From contig JAFGCX010000031.1 in assembly GCA_016932415.1 (NCBI GenBank), forward strand, positions 3,486 to 67,485: a stretch of 64,000 bases of DNA, given 5' to 3'. Under the pieces are notes generated by a model. That model worked only from the letters and a program-made list of their open reading frames with translations. It was not told where the DNA came from and searched no databases. Source of the DNA: Candidatus Krumholzibacteriota bacterium (GTDB lineage: Bacteria > Krumholzibacteriota > Krumholzibacteriia > Krumholzibacteriales > Krumholzibacteriaceae). Below are positions 31,621-40,255 of this stretch, piece by piece; position 1 is the first letter of the stretch; each line of letters opens with the position of its first letter. The translations under genes were made by a program, and so were the position numbers.

Positions 31621-31646
31621 TGAAACAAATCGGAGGCCTGCCCGTC
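31621..31646 (+). promoter_or_regulatory. ECF-type promoter candidate TGAAAC-N16-CGTC, divergent from the sigma gene
   Basis: TGAAAC at 31621..31626, a 16-nt spacer, and CGTC at 31643..31646. It lies about 65 nt upstream of the 31712 ATG. It matches the AAC/CGT ECF promoter architecture known for SigW/SigM-like factors. Confidence 0.45.
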
Positions 31647-31711
31647 TAACTGGACAGAAAACGACGCAATCAGTCAGTTAAGGGTGGAAACGGTATTGAA
31701 AGGAGTACAAA

Positions 31712-32077
31712 ATGCTTGAATTGAGTCCAGCGGTCGTGGGTATAGCTGTTCCGGTCATGTTTCTCATATGTGCTGTCGCGATCGTGATCACGGCCATTAT
31801 AGTAAACGGAGGGCAGAAGGAACTTCGTCATCGTGAAAGGATACTCGCGATGGAGAAAGGTCTGGATCTGCCGAAAGATCCCCCAAAAAAGAAGCGCCCG
31901 GCATACCTGACGATGCGCGCCTGGGGACTTGTCTTTTCGTTCATCAGTATCGCTCTCCTCGTCGGATTGATACCGGAGGCCGGGTTTCGCCACGGTATGT
32001 GGGGACTTATGCCGGGTGGGCTTGGGGCAGGTCTGCTTATCGCGGCTTATCTCGAACAGAAGGATAAGAGCGAGTAA
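31712..32077 (+). CDS. Small integral membrane protein (about 3 TM), function unknown
   Basis: AAAGGAG SD. A hydrophobic helix, then the charged loop KELRHRERILAMEKGLDLPKDPPKKKRP, then two further helices. Divergent from the ECF sigma gene. Confidence 0.55.
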   Translation: MLELSPAVVGIAVPVMFLICAVAIVITAIIVNGGQKELRHRERILAMEKGLDLPKDPPKKKRPAYLTMRAWGLVFSFISIALLVGLIPEAGFRHGMWGLMPGGLGAGLLIAAYLEQKDKSE

Positions 32078-32104
32078 AAACAGTCTCGCACTCAAAGAGC
32101 ATAA

Positions 32105-32141
32105 AAGGAAAAGCAGGTTTGTCCGGCTTTTCCTTTTTTTT
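32105..32141 (+). terminator. Rho-independent terminator
   Basis: Stem AAGGAAAAGC / GCUUUUCCUU with an 11-nt loop, followed by a T-run ending at 32141. Confidence 0.65.
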
Positions 32142-32181
32142 CCGCGCCCGGGGGACTGGACTCGACAGGGCGATTAAGATT

Positions 32182-32210
32182 TTGACTGCGATAATAAGCC
32201 GTATTATCTT
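32182..32210 (+). promoter_or_regulatory. Sigma-70-like promoter candidate (TTGACT-17 nt-TATCTT) for the WD40 gene
   Basis: The hexamers and spacing were read directly from the sequence. It lies about 37 nt upstream of ATG 32247. Confidence 0.3.
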
Positions 32211-32246
32211 GAGATAGAGCCAGTTCCGGGAATCAAGAGGTGAAGG

Positions 32247-33731
32247 ATGAGATTGTTCGCCCTGGTAGTCTGCCTGTCGACCCTCGTTTCAAGCTGCGCA
32301 TGGATCGGTGATGATATCGATACCGGAGTTCCTCTCGTCAAGCCCGGTCCCGGCTTCAGGATCCCGGCGGATACTCTGTACGGAGCCGCGGGCAGAGTAA
32401 TAGATGTCGAATTCGTTCCGAAGCAGAACAGGCTCGTTTCGCTGGCTGCAACCGGCAGTGAAAGCTCGGTGATCTCATTTTTTCACGCCCCGTCAGGGAA
32501 ACTCGAAAATACGATGGAGAACGACAGGTTTCTTGATCTCGACACGGGATTCAGTAACGATGGCAGAAAATGGGCGATCGGAAGCAGAACGGTTTTTCTA
32601 CTCAACACGGAAGACAAGAGGATCATCAGGGTCTTCGAATCAGATTCATACCAGCATCAGAAACTGCTTGATATAGATATGACCGTAGCCTGGCCGTTCG
32701 GGATCAGGAATTACGAGGTGATGAAGAAATATCATTACGTGACCGCGCTTGCGTTTTCGCGCGACGACAGGTATATGGCCTCGGGGCATGTCAACTGCCA
32801 GGTCAGGGTATGGGAGATCAGATCGGGTAAACTCCTCCTGACTCTATGGCTTTCAAAAATACACGAAGCTGTCTCTGATCTTGAATTCAGTCCTGATGGA
32901 AGGTTTATCGCCGCCACGCAAAATGACAGTAAGATCTACTTCTGGGAATTCCCTTCGGGAAAGGAGAGGCATATCGAGGGACACGGCAAATCGGTCAACG
33001 CTGTATCCTTTGATCCCTCGGGGAGGTGGCTTGCTTCGGGCAGTGATGACAGAACCGTCAGATTGTGGGATACCGGTACCGGTGACCTGCTCAGGGTATT
33101 CACGGGTCACGAAGATGACGTCCTTTCGACCGCTTTCACATCGAACGGGGAGTACATAGCGAGTGCCGGGAGAGATGGAAAAATAAAAATATGGGAAGCG
33201 CGTTCGGGATATGAGATCGTCACCCTGGCCGGTCATTCGGCCCAGGTGAACAGTATCTCATTCAACTCGAATGCGTCTCTGCTCGCGAGCGGCAGTGACG
33301 ATATGACAGTAGTCATATGGGACATCTCCCGGTTTGACCTGGTGCGCGACAGTTCAGCGATCCCCATGGCGGTCTATCCCGCGAGGATAAGGGGGAAGGT
33401 CGAAGTTGATGACGAAAGCGGAGACGGCAGATTTTCACCGATGGAAAAGGGCAGCCTTTCCGTAACGGTGGAGAACACCGGAGAGGAAGCGGCGTACAGG
33501 GTAGTAATGATGATCCTGCCTTCAGGCGATACATCCGATTTTATAACAGGCGATTCGGATGTGATCGAGATGATACTGCCGGGAAAATCGGTGACCTCTG
33601 TTATACCGGTGATCCGAACGGAAAGCCCCGCAAACGGAGATGAAGCTGGATTTGAACTCCGATGCTACGAATTCAACGGTTTCCACCTGCAGGAACCGGT
33701 GAGGTTCTCGATCCCCAGGGCCCGGGAATGA
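32247..33731 (+). CDS. Exported WD40-repeat lipoprotein with C-terminal beta-sandwich-like domain
   Basis: Lipobox LVSSC. Canonical WD repeats (GHGKSVNAVSFDPSGRWLASGSDDRTVRLWD, GHEDDVLSTAF...GKIKIWE, GHSAQVNSISF...SDDMTVVIWD). The C-terminal about 120 aa resembles CARDB/Ig-like modules. Confidence 0.75.
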   Translation: MRLFALVVCLSTLVSSCAWIGDDIDTGVPLVKPGPGFRIPADTLYGAAGRVIDVEFVPKQNRLVSLAATGSESSVISFFHAPSGKLENTMENDRFLDLDTGFSNDGRKWAIGSRTVFLLNTEDKRIIRVFESDSYQHQKLLDIDMTVAWPFGIRNYEVMKKYHYVTALAFSRDDRYMASGHVNCQVRVWEIRSGKLLLTLWLSKIHEAVSDLEFSPDGRFIAATQNDSKIYFWEFPSGKERHIEGHGKSVNAVSFDPSGRWLASGSDDRTVRLWDTGTGDLLRVFTGHEDDVLSTAFTSNGEYIASAGRDGKIKIWEARSGYEIVTLAGHSAQVNSISFNSNASLLASGSDDMTVVIWDISRFDLVRDSSAIPMAVYPARIRGKVEVDDESGDGRFSPMEKGSLSVTVENTGEEAAYRVVMMILPSGDTSDFITGDSDVIEMILPGKSVTSVIPVIRTESPANGDEAGFELRCYEFNGFHLQEPVRFSIPRARE

Positions 33732-33892
33732 CCAAGGAAATAGCCCTGTCGGATATCTTTTCCGGACATTAAAATATCGCTGGCGAAAAATAGCGGAGAA
33801 TGATAATATCTGATCCGTCCGGATGATCCTAAAGCGGCGGATCGTAGAGTTCCGGATACGATGGATGTTTTCCGGGATGTGATGAAGGGAGG

Positions 33893-34540
33893 ATGAAGAT
33901 GGGGAAAATATTCCGTTTCCTTATCCAGGTAACATTTCTAATCATAATTATTCTCGTTACTGCCTCTTCCGCGGGCGCCGAGGTCGTGATAAACGAGATC
34001 ATGGCTGATCCGGCGAGGGACTGGGACGGCGACGGCGAGTACAATTACAGGGACGATGAATGGATCGAGATACTCAACACCGGCTCCTCAGGTGTCGATC
34101 TGTCAGGGTATCTGTTGAGCGACGGGGAAAGCGCGCCTGTCTGGAGATTCGGTTTTTCGGGGATGCTGATGCCGGGATCGGTGATGGTTGTATTTGGAAG
34201 CGATTCGAGGGCCTGGGAAGAATCGAATGACCAGCCGGTCTATGGCCTGAGCCTTAATAACGCGGGCGATCAGGTCTCCCTCTACCGCGTAGCAGATGGC
34301 GACACGATACTCGTCGATCATCTTGTCTTCAGCGACAAGGCAGCGGAGGATGACCGTACGCTTGGACGCTCGTTGGCCGATACCTGGCGCTGGGAACTGT
34401 ACGACGCGTATAATCCCTGTACCGGTACATGCGATCCAGCCGGAAACGGGTGCTTGCCGACTCCCGGCCATTCGAACGGGTGCATAACCGCGGCAGGGGA
34501 AGATACCTGGGGGAGCATCAAACAGAAGTACCAGCAGTAG
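33893..34540 (+). CDS. Secreted lamin-tail-domain (LTD) protein with Cys-rich C-terminus
   Basis: Signal peptide, then VVINEIMADPARDWDGDGEYNYRDDEWIEILNTGSSGVDLSGYLLSDG...SLNNAGDQVSLY, the typical LTD pattern. Tail is NPCTGTCDPAGNGCLPTPGHSNGC. Confidence 0.7.
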   Translation: MKMGKIFRFLIQVTFLIIIILVTASSAGAEVVINEIMADPARDWDGDGEYNYRDDEWIEILNTGSSGVDLSGYLLSDGESAPVWRFGFSGMLMPGSVMVVFGSDSRAWEESNDQPVYGLSLNNAGDQVSLYRVADGDTILVDHLVFSDKAAEDDRTLGRSLADTWRWELYDAYNPCTGTCDPAGNGCLPTPGHSNGCITAAGEDTWGSIKQKYQQ

Positions 34541-34650
34541 AGTAGCGTAGAAAAACAGATCATTACGGACCGCTGAGAAAGAATCTAAAATAATGATCCG
34601 CCGCTTTTTTCTTTACCGCAGAGCCTGGTGTATGATAGCGTTTATCCGTT

Positions 34651-36378
34651 ATGGAATCTGAAAATACAGCAATATCCGAGGACAGGATCAACAGATGCTG
34701 GGAGTTTCTTTCCTGCGGGAGGGAGGACTGTCCCGCTCATGGCAAGACGGGGATCCCCTGCTGGGAGGTCACGGGACACAGGTGCCGCGACAAAGTCTTT
34801 GGCAGGATAGAGGAAAAACTGATACAGTGCTGCTTCAAATGCGATTTTTTCATCCAGCTCAAGGAAAGGATGAAAGGGAGAAGATGGGCCGATATAACAC
34901 TCCTGGAGACTCTCGAGGACGCGCTGATCAGATCTTCCAAATATTCGAGCAAGGTCGAGGAACTCTACATGGAGGTGATCAGGCGCAGCAAGCTGATGAA
35001 TCTGCTCAGCGAGGTCAGCAAGATCATAGCTCATCTGGATAAAGAGGAAGATATCATACTAGCGATCCTCACTGTCATAACTGCAAGGGAGGGGCTCGGA
35101 TTCAACAGGGCGTTCATTTTTCTGAGAGGGAACGAGTATGACCTTCTCAGGGGAAAATATGCCCTTGGCCCGTCGACTCCGGAAGAGGCGGTCAATATCT
35201 GGAAGATCCTGGACAAGGATACGAAAGGTTCGATCGAGAAGTTGGTCGCCAAGGGTAAGAAGCTTCACTATCTCAAAAACAGCCTACTGACAAAACTGAC
35301 AAGCGGGTTGAGTATCCCGACCGAAGGGGACAGCGGGATCATTTTCAGGGGACTCGACGAGATCAGATTCGTTAAAAGAGAAGACCTGACCACAGAAAAC
35401 GACCTTGTAATCGCGGACTCTCTAGGGCTTGAGGATTTCTGCGTATGCCCGATCGCCACTGCCAAGGACAGGCTCGGGCTCGTCATTGTCGACAACAAGT
35501 TCACCGGGAAAGAGGTGACGCCGGAAGACGCGCACCTTTTAGAAATGATCGTAAGCCACGCAACTTCATCGCTTAAGGCGGCGCAGTTAAAGGAGTCTCT
35601 AAGGACTAATGTCGAGAGCCTCAAATCGGCATACAGAAAGTTGAAAGCGAACGAGGAAAGAATGATGAAAGCTGAGCGTCTCGCGATATCTGGCGAGATG
35701 ACCTCTTCGGTCATTCATGAGATAAAAAACCCTCTCGTCTCGATCGGCGGATTCACCAGGAATCTTCTCAAGACCGGAGATTTCAACGAAAAAGACAGGG
35801 AGAAACTCGAAATCATCCTCAACGAGACGATCCGGCTGGAGACCTACCTTGAGAGTCTCAGTTCGAGCGTCAGCGAACTCAATATCGAGGACAGTAATAT
35901 CAACCAGATACTCGAGGATAACTGCAATCTTCTTGAGAATGAATTCGAGGAGAAGAAGGTGAGGCTTTTTAAAAGCTTTGATCCGAATCTTCCTTACGCT
36001 CCTGTCGACCACGTCAAGATACACGAAGTATTCCTCAATATCTTCCAGAACTCCCTTGAGGCGGTCGACATGGAAGGATCGATATGGGTCAGAACGATCT
36101 ATTCCACTGAGTCTAAAAGCGTTATCATAGAGATCTCGGATGACGGTTCGGGCATAGGGCAGGACCAGATGACCAGGATATTCACACCGTTCTTTACGAC
36201 GAAGGAGAAAGGATCTGGACTCGGCCTCGCTTTCGCCCAGAGGATAATCAAGGACCATGGCGGGAATATAGCCGTCTCGAGCGTAAAGGGGCGAAAAACC
36301 TCATTTATCATCACTCTGCCCTCGGTACACTGCCGATTCATTGAAATTCACGAGTCTGCAATTGACAAATCGTCGTAA
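34651..36378 (+). CDS. Cytoplasmic sensor histidine kinase: Cys-rich 'two-CW'-like N-terminus + GAF-like + HisKA + HATPase
   Basis: 8 Cys in aa 16-64 (RCWEFLSCGREDCPAHGKTGIPCWEVTGHRC...CCFKC). H-box SSVIHEIKNPL (His codon 35716..35718). G-boxes DDGSGI and GSGLGLAFAQ. No TM segment. Confidence 0.8.
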   Translation: MESENTAISEDRINRCWEFLSCGREDCPAHGKTGIPCWEVTGHRCRDKVFGRIEEKLIQCCFKCDFFIQLKERMKGRRWADITLLETLEDALIRSSKYSSKVEELYMEVIRRSKLMNLLSEVSKIIAHLDKEEDIILAILTVITAREGLGFNRAFIFLRGNEYDLLRGKYALGPSTPEEAVNIWKILDKDTKGSIEKLVAKGKKLHYLKNSLLTKLTSGLSIPTEGDSGIIFRGLDEIRFVKREDLTTENDLVIADSLGLEDFCVCPIATAKDRLGLVIVDNKFTGKEVTPEDAHLLEMIVSHATSSLKAAQLKESLRTNVESLKSAYRKLKANEERMMKAERLAISGEMTSSVIHEIKNPLVSIGGFTRNLLKTGDFNEKDREKLEIILNETIRLETYLESLSSSVSELNIEDSNINQILEDNCNLLENEFEEKKVRLFKSFDPNLPYAPVDHVKIHEVFLNIFQNSLEAVDMEGSIWVRTIYSTESKSVIIEISDDGSGIGQDQMTRIFTPFFTTKEKGSGLGLAFAQRIIKDHGGNIAVSSVKGRKTSFIITLPSVHCRFIEIHESAIDKSS

Positions 36379-36458
36379 AACGTTTACCCTCCTTAATCTG
36401 TGTTAGGATTGGAGCCGCCTTCAACCGCGGCCGCGATTATTATCTGTGAGATTTTTAT

Positions 36459-36983
36459 ATGGATGGCGAAAAAGGCATAATAATGCTCTTCACCGGAAAC
36501 GGCAAGGGGAAGACTACCGCTTCTCTCGGAGCCGCGATGAGAGCGGCCGGCCATAATTCTCGCGTTTTCATGATCCAGTTCATGAAAGGCAGGCTCTACG
36601 GAGAACTTGCCGCGGCAGAGGCGCTCGACAACCTGACAATCGAACAGCATGGCCGGGACGAATTCGTAGATCCTGAAGACCCGGAACAGATCGATATCGA
36701 TCTGGCCAGGGGCGGTTGGAAAAGAATGCTCGAAGTCGTGGAGGAGGGTCTCTTCGATATGATCATTCTCGATGAGATCAACGTAGCCGTCTCTTTCGGA
36801 TTGATCCCTCTCGAGGAAGTCATTCGATTCCTTGAAAGCAGGCCTGAAGATCTCGACGTCATCCTGACCGGCAGGTACGCTCCCGATGAGTTGGTCGAGC
36901 TTGCCGATACTGTGACAGAGATGCGTGAGATCAAACATCATTACAACCAGGGTGTGCAGATGAGGAAAGGGATCGAGTTTTGA
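36459..36983 (+). CDS. cobO: Cob(I)yrinic acid a,c-diamide / cob(I)alamin adenosyltransferase (CobA/CobO/BtuR type)
   Basis: IIMLFTGNGKGKTTASLGAAMRAAGH...FMKG...ILDEINVAV...VILTGR...ADTVTEMREIKHHY. Confidence 0.85.
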   Translation: MDGEKGIIMLFTGNGKGKTTASLGAAMRAAGHNSRVFMIQFMKGRLYGELAAAEALDNLTIEQHGRDEFVDPEDPEQIDIDLARGGWKRMLEVVEEGLFDMIILDEINVAVSFGLIPLEEVIRFLESRPEDLDVILTGRYAPDELVELADTVTEMREIKHHYNQGVQMRKGIEF

Positions 36984-37059
36984 CAGGAAAAGATATTTCT
37001 CTTTTCCAACGGGACCAGAGTCGGAGTCTCAGTCAGACCACGATCCAGCAAGGTGACAG

Positions 37060-38025
37060 ATGAGGCCAGGATACGACATAGACAAGCTTCTCGAACGATT
37101 CGACGCGGGACAGGTCGCCGCCGCGGCGAGATTGATCACGATCCTCGAAAACGGTGGGGAAGACGCGGAAAAGGTACTTGATGGGATATTCAGCAAAACT
37201 AAAGATGCTTACAGGGTCGGTTTTACAGGTCCTCCCGGAGCGGGAAAGAGCAGCCTTCTTTACAAGGTGACGGAAAAGTTCAGGGAGAAAGGGCGAAAGA
37301 TCGGAATACTGGCTATAGACCCGACAAGCCCCTTCAGCGGGGGAGCCCTTCTTGGCGACAGGATCAGAATGCAGAACCTTTCAGAGTATCCCGACGTATT
37401 CGTCCGGAGCCTTGCAAGCAGGGGAAGCCTCGGCGGTATCTCAAACTGCACCGATGAAGTCACCGACCTGATGGATGCCTTCGGGAAAGACCTCGTGTTG
37501 ATCGAGACAGTCGGAGTAGGGCAGTCCGAGTTGGAGATATCGGAGAAAGCGCATACAGTGGTAGTCATCCTGGTTCCCGAATCGGGCGACGCCATCCAGG
37601 CGATGAAAGCGGGATTGATGGAGATCGGGGATATCTTCGTGATGAACAAATCAGATCATAAGGACGCCGAGATGGCGGCCGGAGAAATAGCCAATTCACT
37701 CAGGCTGAAAGATATTCCCAAGGGGCACTGGGAACCGAAAGTCCTTCTTACCTCGGCTCGCGAGGGGACCGGAATAGATGAACTGGTCGAAACGATAGAG
37801 GAACACAGGGCGTATCTGGTCGAGCACGATCTTATATCCGCGAAAAGGAGGGAGATCCTTTTTTCCAGGGTGCGAAACGCCCTCATGGACAGGATCGAGA
37901 AAAGACTGAGAAACAGCGAGATCGTCAGGGATATCATGAAGAACCGGATGGAAGAGGTATATATGGGAAGACTCACTCCCTATGCCCTGGTCCATGAACT
38001 TGAAAAGACAGTTTCAATAAGGTAG
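37060..38025 (+). CDS. meaB: Methylmalonyl-CoA-mutase-associated G-protein chaperone (MeaB/ArgK family)
   Basis: P-loop GFTGPPGAGKSSL, IETVGVGQSE and NKSD motifs. Immediately upstream of a mutase large subunit. Confidence 0.9.
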   Translation: MRPGYDIDKLLERFDAGQVAAAARLITILENGGEDAEKVLDGIFSKTKDAYRVGFTGPPGAGKSSLLYKVTEKFREKGRKIGILAIDPTSPFSGGALLGDRIRMQNLSEYPDVFVRSLASRGSLGGISNCTDEVTDLMDAFGKDLVLIETVGVGQSELEISEKAHTVVVILVPESGDAIQAMKAGLMEIGDIFVMNKSDHKDAEMAAGEIANSLRLKDIPKGHWEPKVLLTSAREGTGIDELVETIEEHRAYLVEHDLISAKRREILFSRVRNALMDRIEKRLRNSEIVRDIMKNRMEEVYMGRLTPYALVHELEKTVSIR

Positions 38026-38052
38026 CTGCTTCATCGGAGACTGGAGTACAGG

Positions 38053-39711
38053 ATGGATAAAAAAAAGATCTACGAGGAACAGAAGAAAAAATATGAAGAG
38101 GAATATTCAAGCCGTGGTCTTCAGGATATCGAGTTCACTACAGTCTCCGGCGCGCCGGTGAGGAAACTCGCCGTTCCCGAAGATATTGAAGGCATCGATT
38201 ATTCCGATGATCTTGGATTTCCCGGACAATATCCATATACCCGGGGCGTATATCCGACGATGTACCGCGGCCGTTTCTGGACAATGAGGCAGTTTGCCGG
38301 TTTCGGAACGGCATCGGATACCAATCAGAGGTATCACTATCTTCTCGATCATGGACAGACAGGACTTTCCGTAGCTTTTGATATGCCGACGATCATGGGA
38401 TACGATTCGGATCACAAAAGATCGGAAGGTGAAGTCGGAAGATGCGGAGTAGCAATAGATTCACTGCGGGACATGGAGATCCTTTTCGATGGAATAGACC
38501 TTGCCGGAATAACAACATCGATGACGATCAACGCTCCCGCTTCGATTCTGCTCGCTTTCTATCTTTCAGCCGGAGAGAAAAAAGGAACCTCGCTGGGCAG
38601 CATGGGAGGGACGATACAGAATGATATCCTCAAGGAGTATATCGCCCAGAAATCGTGGATATTCCCACCCGGGCCGTCGATGAGGATCATCACCGACATA
38701 CTCGGTTTCTGCAGCGATCACGTTCCCAGGTGGAACACGATCAGCATAAGCGGATATCATATCCGGGAAGCCGGATCGACAGCGGTCCAGGAACTGGCCT
38801 TCACTCTTGCCGACGGTTTCGCCTATGTGGAAGCGGGAATAGCCGCCGGGCTCGATGTCGACAGGTTCGCTCCGAGACTCTCTTTCTTTTTCAACGCCCA
38901 TCTCGATTTCTTCGAGGAGATAGCCAAGTACAGGGCGGCGAGAAGGATCTGGGCAAAGAGAATGAAGGAAAAATACGGAGCAAAAGATGAACGTTCGCTT
39001 CTGCTGAGATTCCATACCCAGACGGCAGGATGTTCCCTTACGGCCCAGCAGCCCGAAAACAACATCGTGCGGACAGCTTTCCAGGGATTATCGGCCGTAC
39101 TTGGCGGTACGCAGTCTCTGCATACCAATTCGATGGATGAGACCCTCGCGCTTCCTTCCGAGAAAGCCGTCAGGATAGCCCTGAGGACGCAGCAGATAAT
39201 CGCCCACGAGACCGGGGTGATCAATACGGCGGATCCCCTTGCGGGAAGTTATTTCATTGAGGCTCTTACCATGGAGATGGAAGAGGAAGCGGAAAAATAT
39301 TTCAAAAAAATAGATGAGTTCGGGGGAGTAGTCAAAGCGATAGAAGAAGGGTTTTTTCAGAAAGAAATCGGAAAGGCGGCGTACGAATATCAGAAAGCGG
39401 TTGAAGCGAAAAGAAAGATCATAGTCGGGCTCAACGAATTCGGACTCGAAGGCGAGACGATAGATATCCCCCTTCTGAAGATCGACCAGAAGGTGGAAGA
39501 ATCACAGCGCAAAGCGGTCGGCAGGGTGAGAGAGGAAAGGGATAACGACAAGGTGGAGAGGGAGCTCGAATCGCTCGAAAAAGCAGCCAGAGGAAATGAC
39601 AACCTGATGCCGCATATCATCCGGTGCGCGAAGTGTTACGCGACAGAAGGTGAGATTATAGAGACCCTGAAAAAAGTTTTTGGCGAGTATCGCGAACCGC
39701 TGTTCTATTGA
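38053..39711 (+). CDS. B12-dependent acyl-CoA mutase large (catalytic) subunit with isobutyryl-CoA-mutase-type signature (Phe/Gln)
   Basis: [10 protein letters not shown] (Phe codon 38293..38295) and [10 protein letters not shown] (Gln codon 38647..38649), at the positions that are Tyr and Arg in methylmalonyl-CoA mutase. Confidence 0.75.
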   Translation: MDKKKIYEEQKKKYEEEYSSRGLQDIEFTTVSGAPVRKLAVPEDIEGIDYSDDLGFPGQYPYTRGVYPTMYRGRFWTMRQFAGFGTASDTNQRYHYLLDHGQTGLSVAFDMPTIMGYDSDHKRSEGEVGRCGVAIDSLRDMEILFDGIDLAGITTSMTINAPASILLAFYLSAGEKKGTSLGSMGGTIQNDILKEYIAQKSWIFPPGPSMRIITDILGFCSDHVPRWNTISISGYHIREAGSTAVQELAFTLADGFAYVEAGIAAGLDVDRFAPRLSFFFNAHLDFFEEIAKYRAARRIWAKRMKEKYGAKDERSLLLRFHTQTAGCSLTAQQPENNIVRTAFQGLSAVLGGTQSLHTNSMDETLALPSEKAVRIALRTQQIIAHETGVINTADPLAGSYFIEALTMEMEEEAEKYFKKIDEFGGVVKAIEEGFFQKEIGKAAYEYQKAVEAKRKIIVGLNEFGLEGETIDIPLLKIDQKVEESQRKAVGRVREERDNDKVERELESLEKAARGNDNLMPHIIRCAKCYATEGEIIETLKKVFGEYREPLFY

Positions 39712-39749
39712 TTCCGCGATACGGCGTGTCTGTAAGGAGGAAAGAAAAG

Positions 39750-40145
39750 ATGTCAAGAAAAGTAAGAGTCCTCGTCGCGAAACCCGGACTGGATGGACAT
39801 GACCGGGGAGCAAAAGTCGTGGCGAACGCTTTGAAAGACGCCGGGATGGAGGTCATATATACCGGTCTTCACCAGACGCCGGAAATGATAGCCGAATCGG
39901 CGATACAGGAAGATGTCGACGTGGTAGGGCTCAGCATCCTGTCAGGAGCGCATATGACGATGTTTCCGAGGGTGATGGAACTTCTAAGGGAGAAGGGTGC
40001 CGAACATATAATCGTTTTCGGAGGCGGTATCGTACCGGTCGAGGACGTCGAAAAGCTTGAAAAGTCCGGAGTTTCGAAGATATTCGGGCCGGGGACTGAC
40101 ACGCGCGACATAATTGATTATATTAATTCGGTATTCGCGGAATGA
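39750..40145 (+). CDS. Acyl-CoA mutase small subunit, B12-binding domain
   Basis: [20 protein letters not shown] (DxHxxG) and GLSILSGAH...GGGIVP. ATG 39750 is preceded by AAGGAGG. Confidence 0.9.
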   Translation: MSRKVRVLVAKPGLDGHDRGAKVVANALKDAGMEVIYTGLHQTPEMIAESAIQEDVDVVGLSILSGAHMTMFPRVMELLREKGAEHIIVFGGGIVPVEDVEKLEKSGVSKIFGPGTDTRDIIDYINSVFAE

Positions 40146-40255
40146 TCTGACCGCGATCGCGTCGGGAAGCGGGGGCAGATATTGCCGGTCCGCGCCGGAC
40201 AGCGGGAAATGGATATTAAAATAGTGTTGAACAACTCAAGAAGGAGGAACGGTAG

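Noticed and set aside
34541-34650. Possible terminator or small RNA between the LTD gene and the kinase (GATCATT...AATGATC followed by CGCCGCTTTTTT).
   Set aside because: The stem encloses a 27-nt loop, and the GC-rich segment before the T-run has no complementary arm. This is not convincing as an intrinsic terminator or structured RNA.
36379-36458. Possible cobalamin riboswitch upstream of cobO/meaB/mutase genes.
   Set aside because: The gap is only 80 nt, and I could not find the conserved B12-box-like core. That is too short for a cobalamin riboswitch aptamer plus expression platform.
36393-36941. A 182-aa minus-strand ORF opposite cobO.
   Set aside because: The plus-strand product has clear CobA/CobO motifs (GNGKGKTTA, ILDEI). 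The minus-strand product has none.
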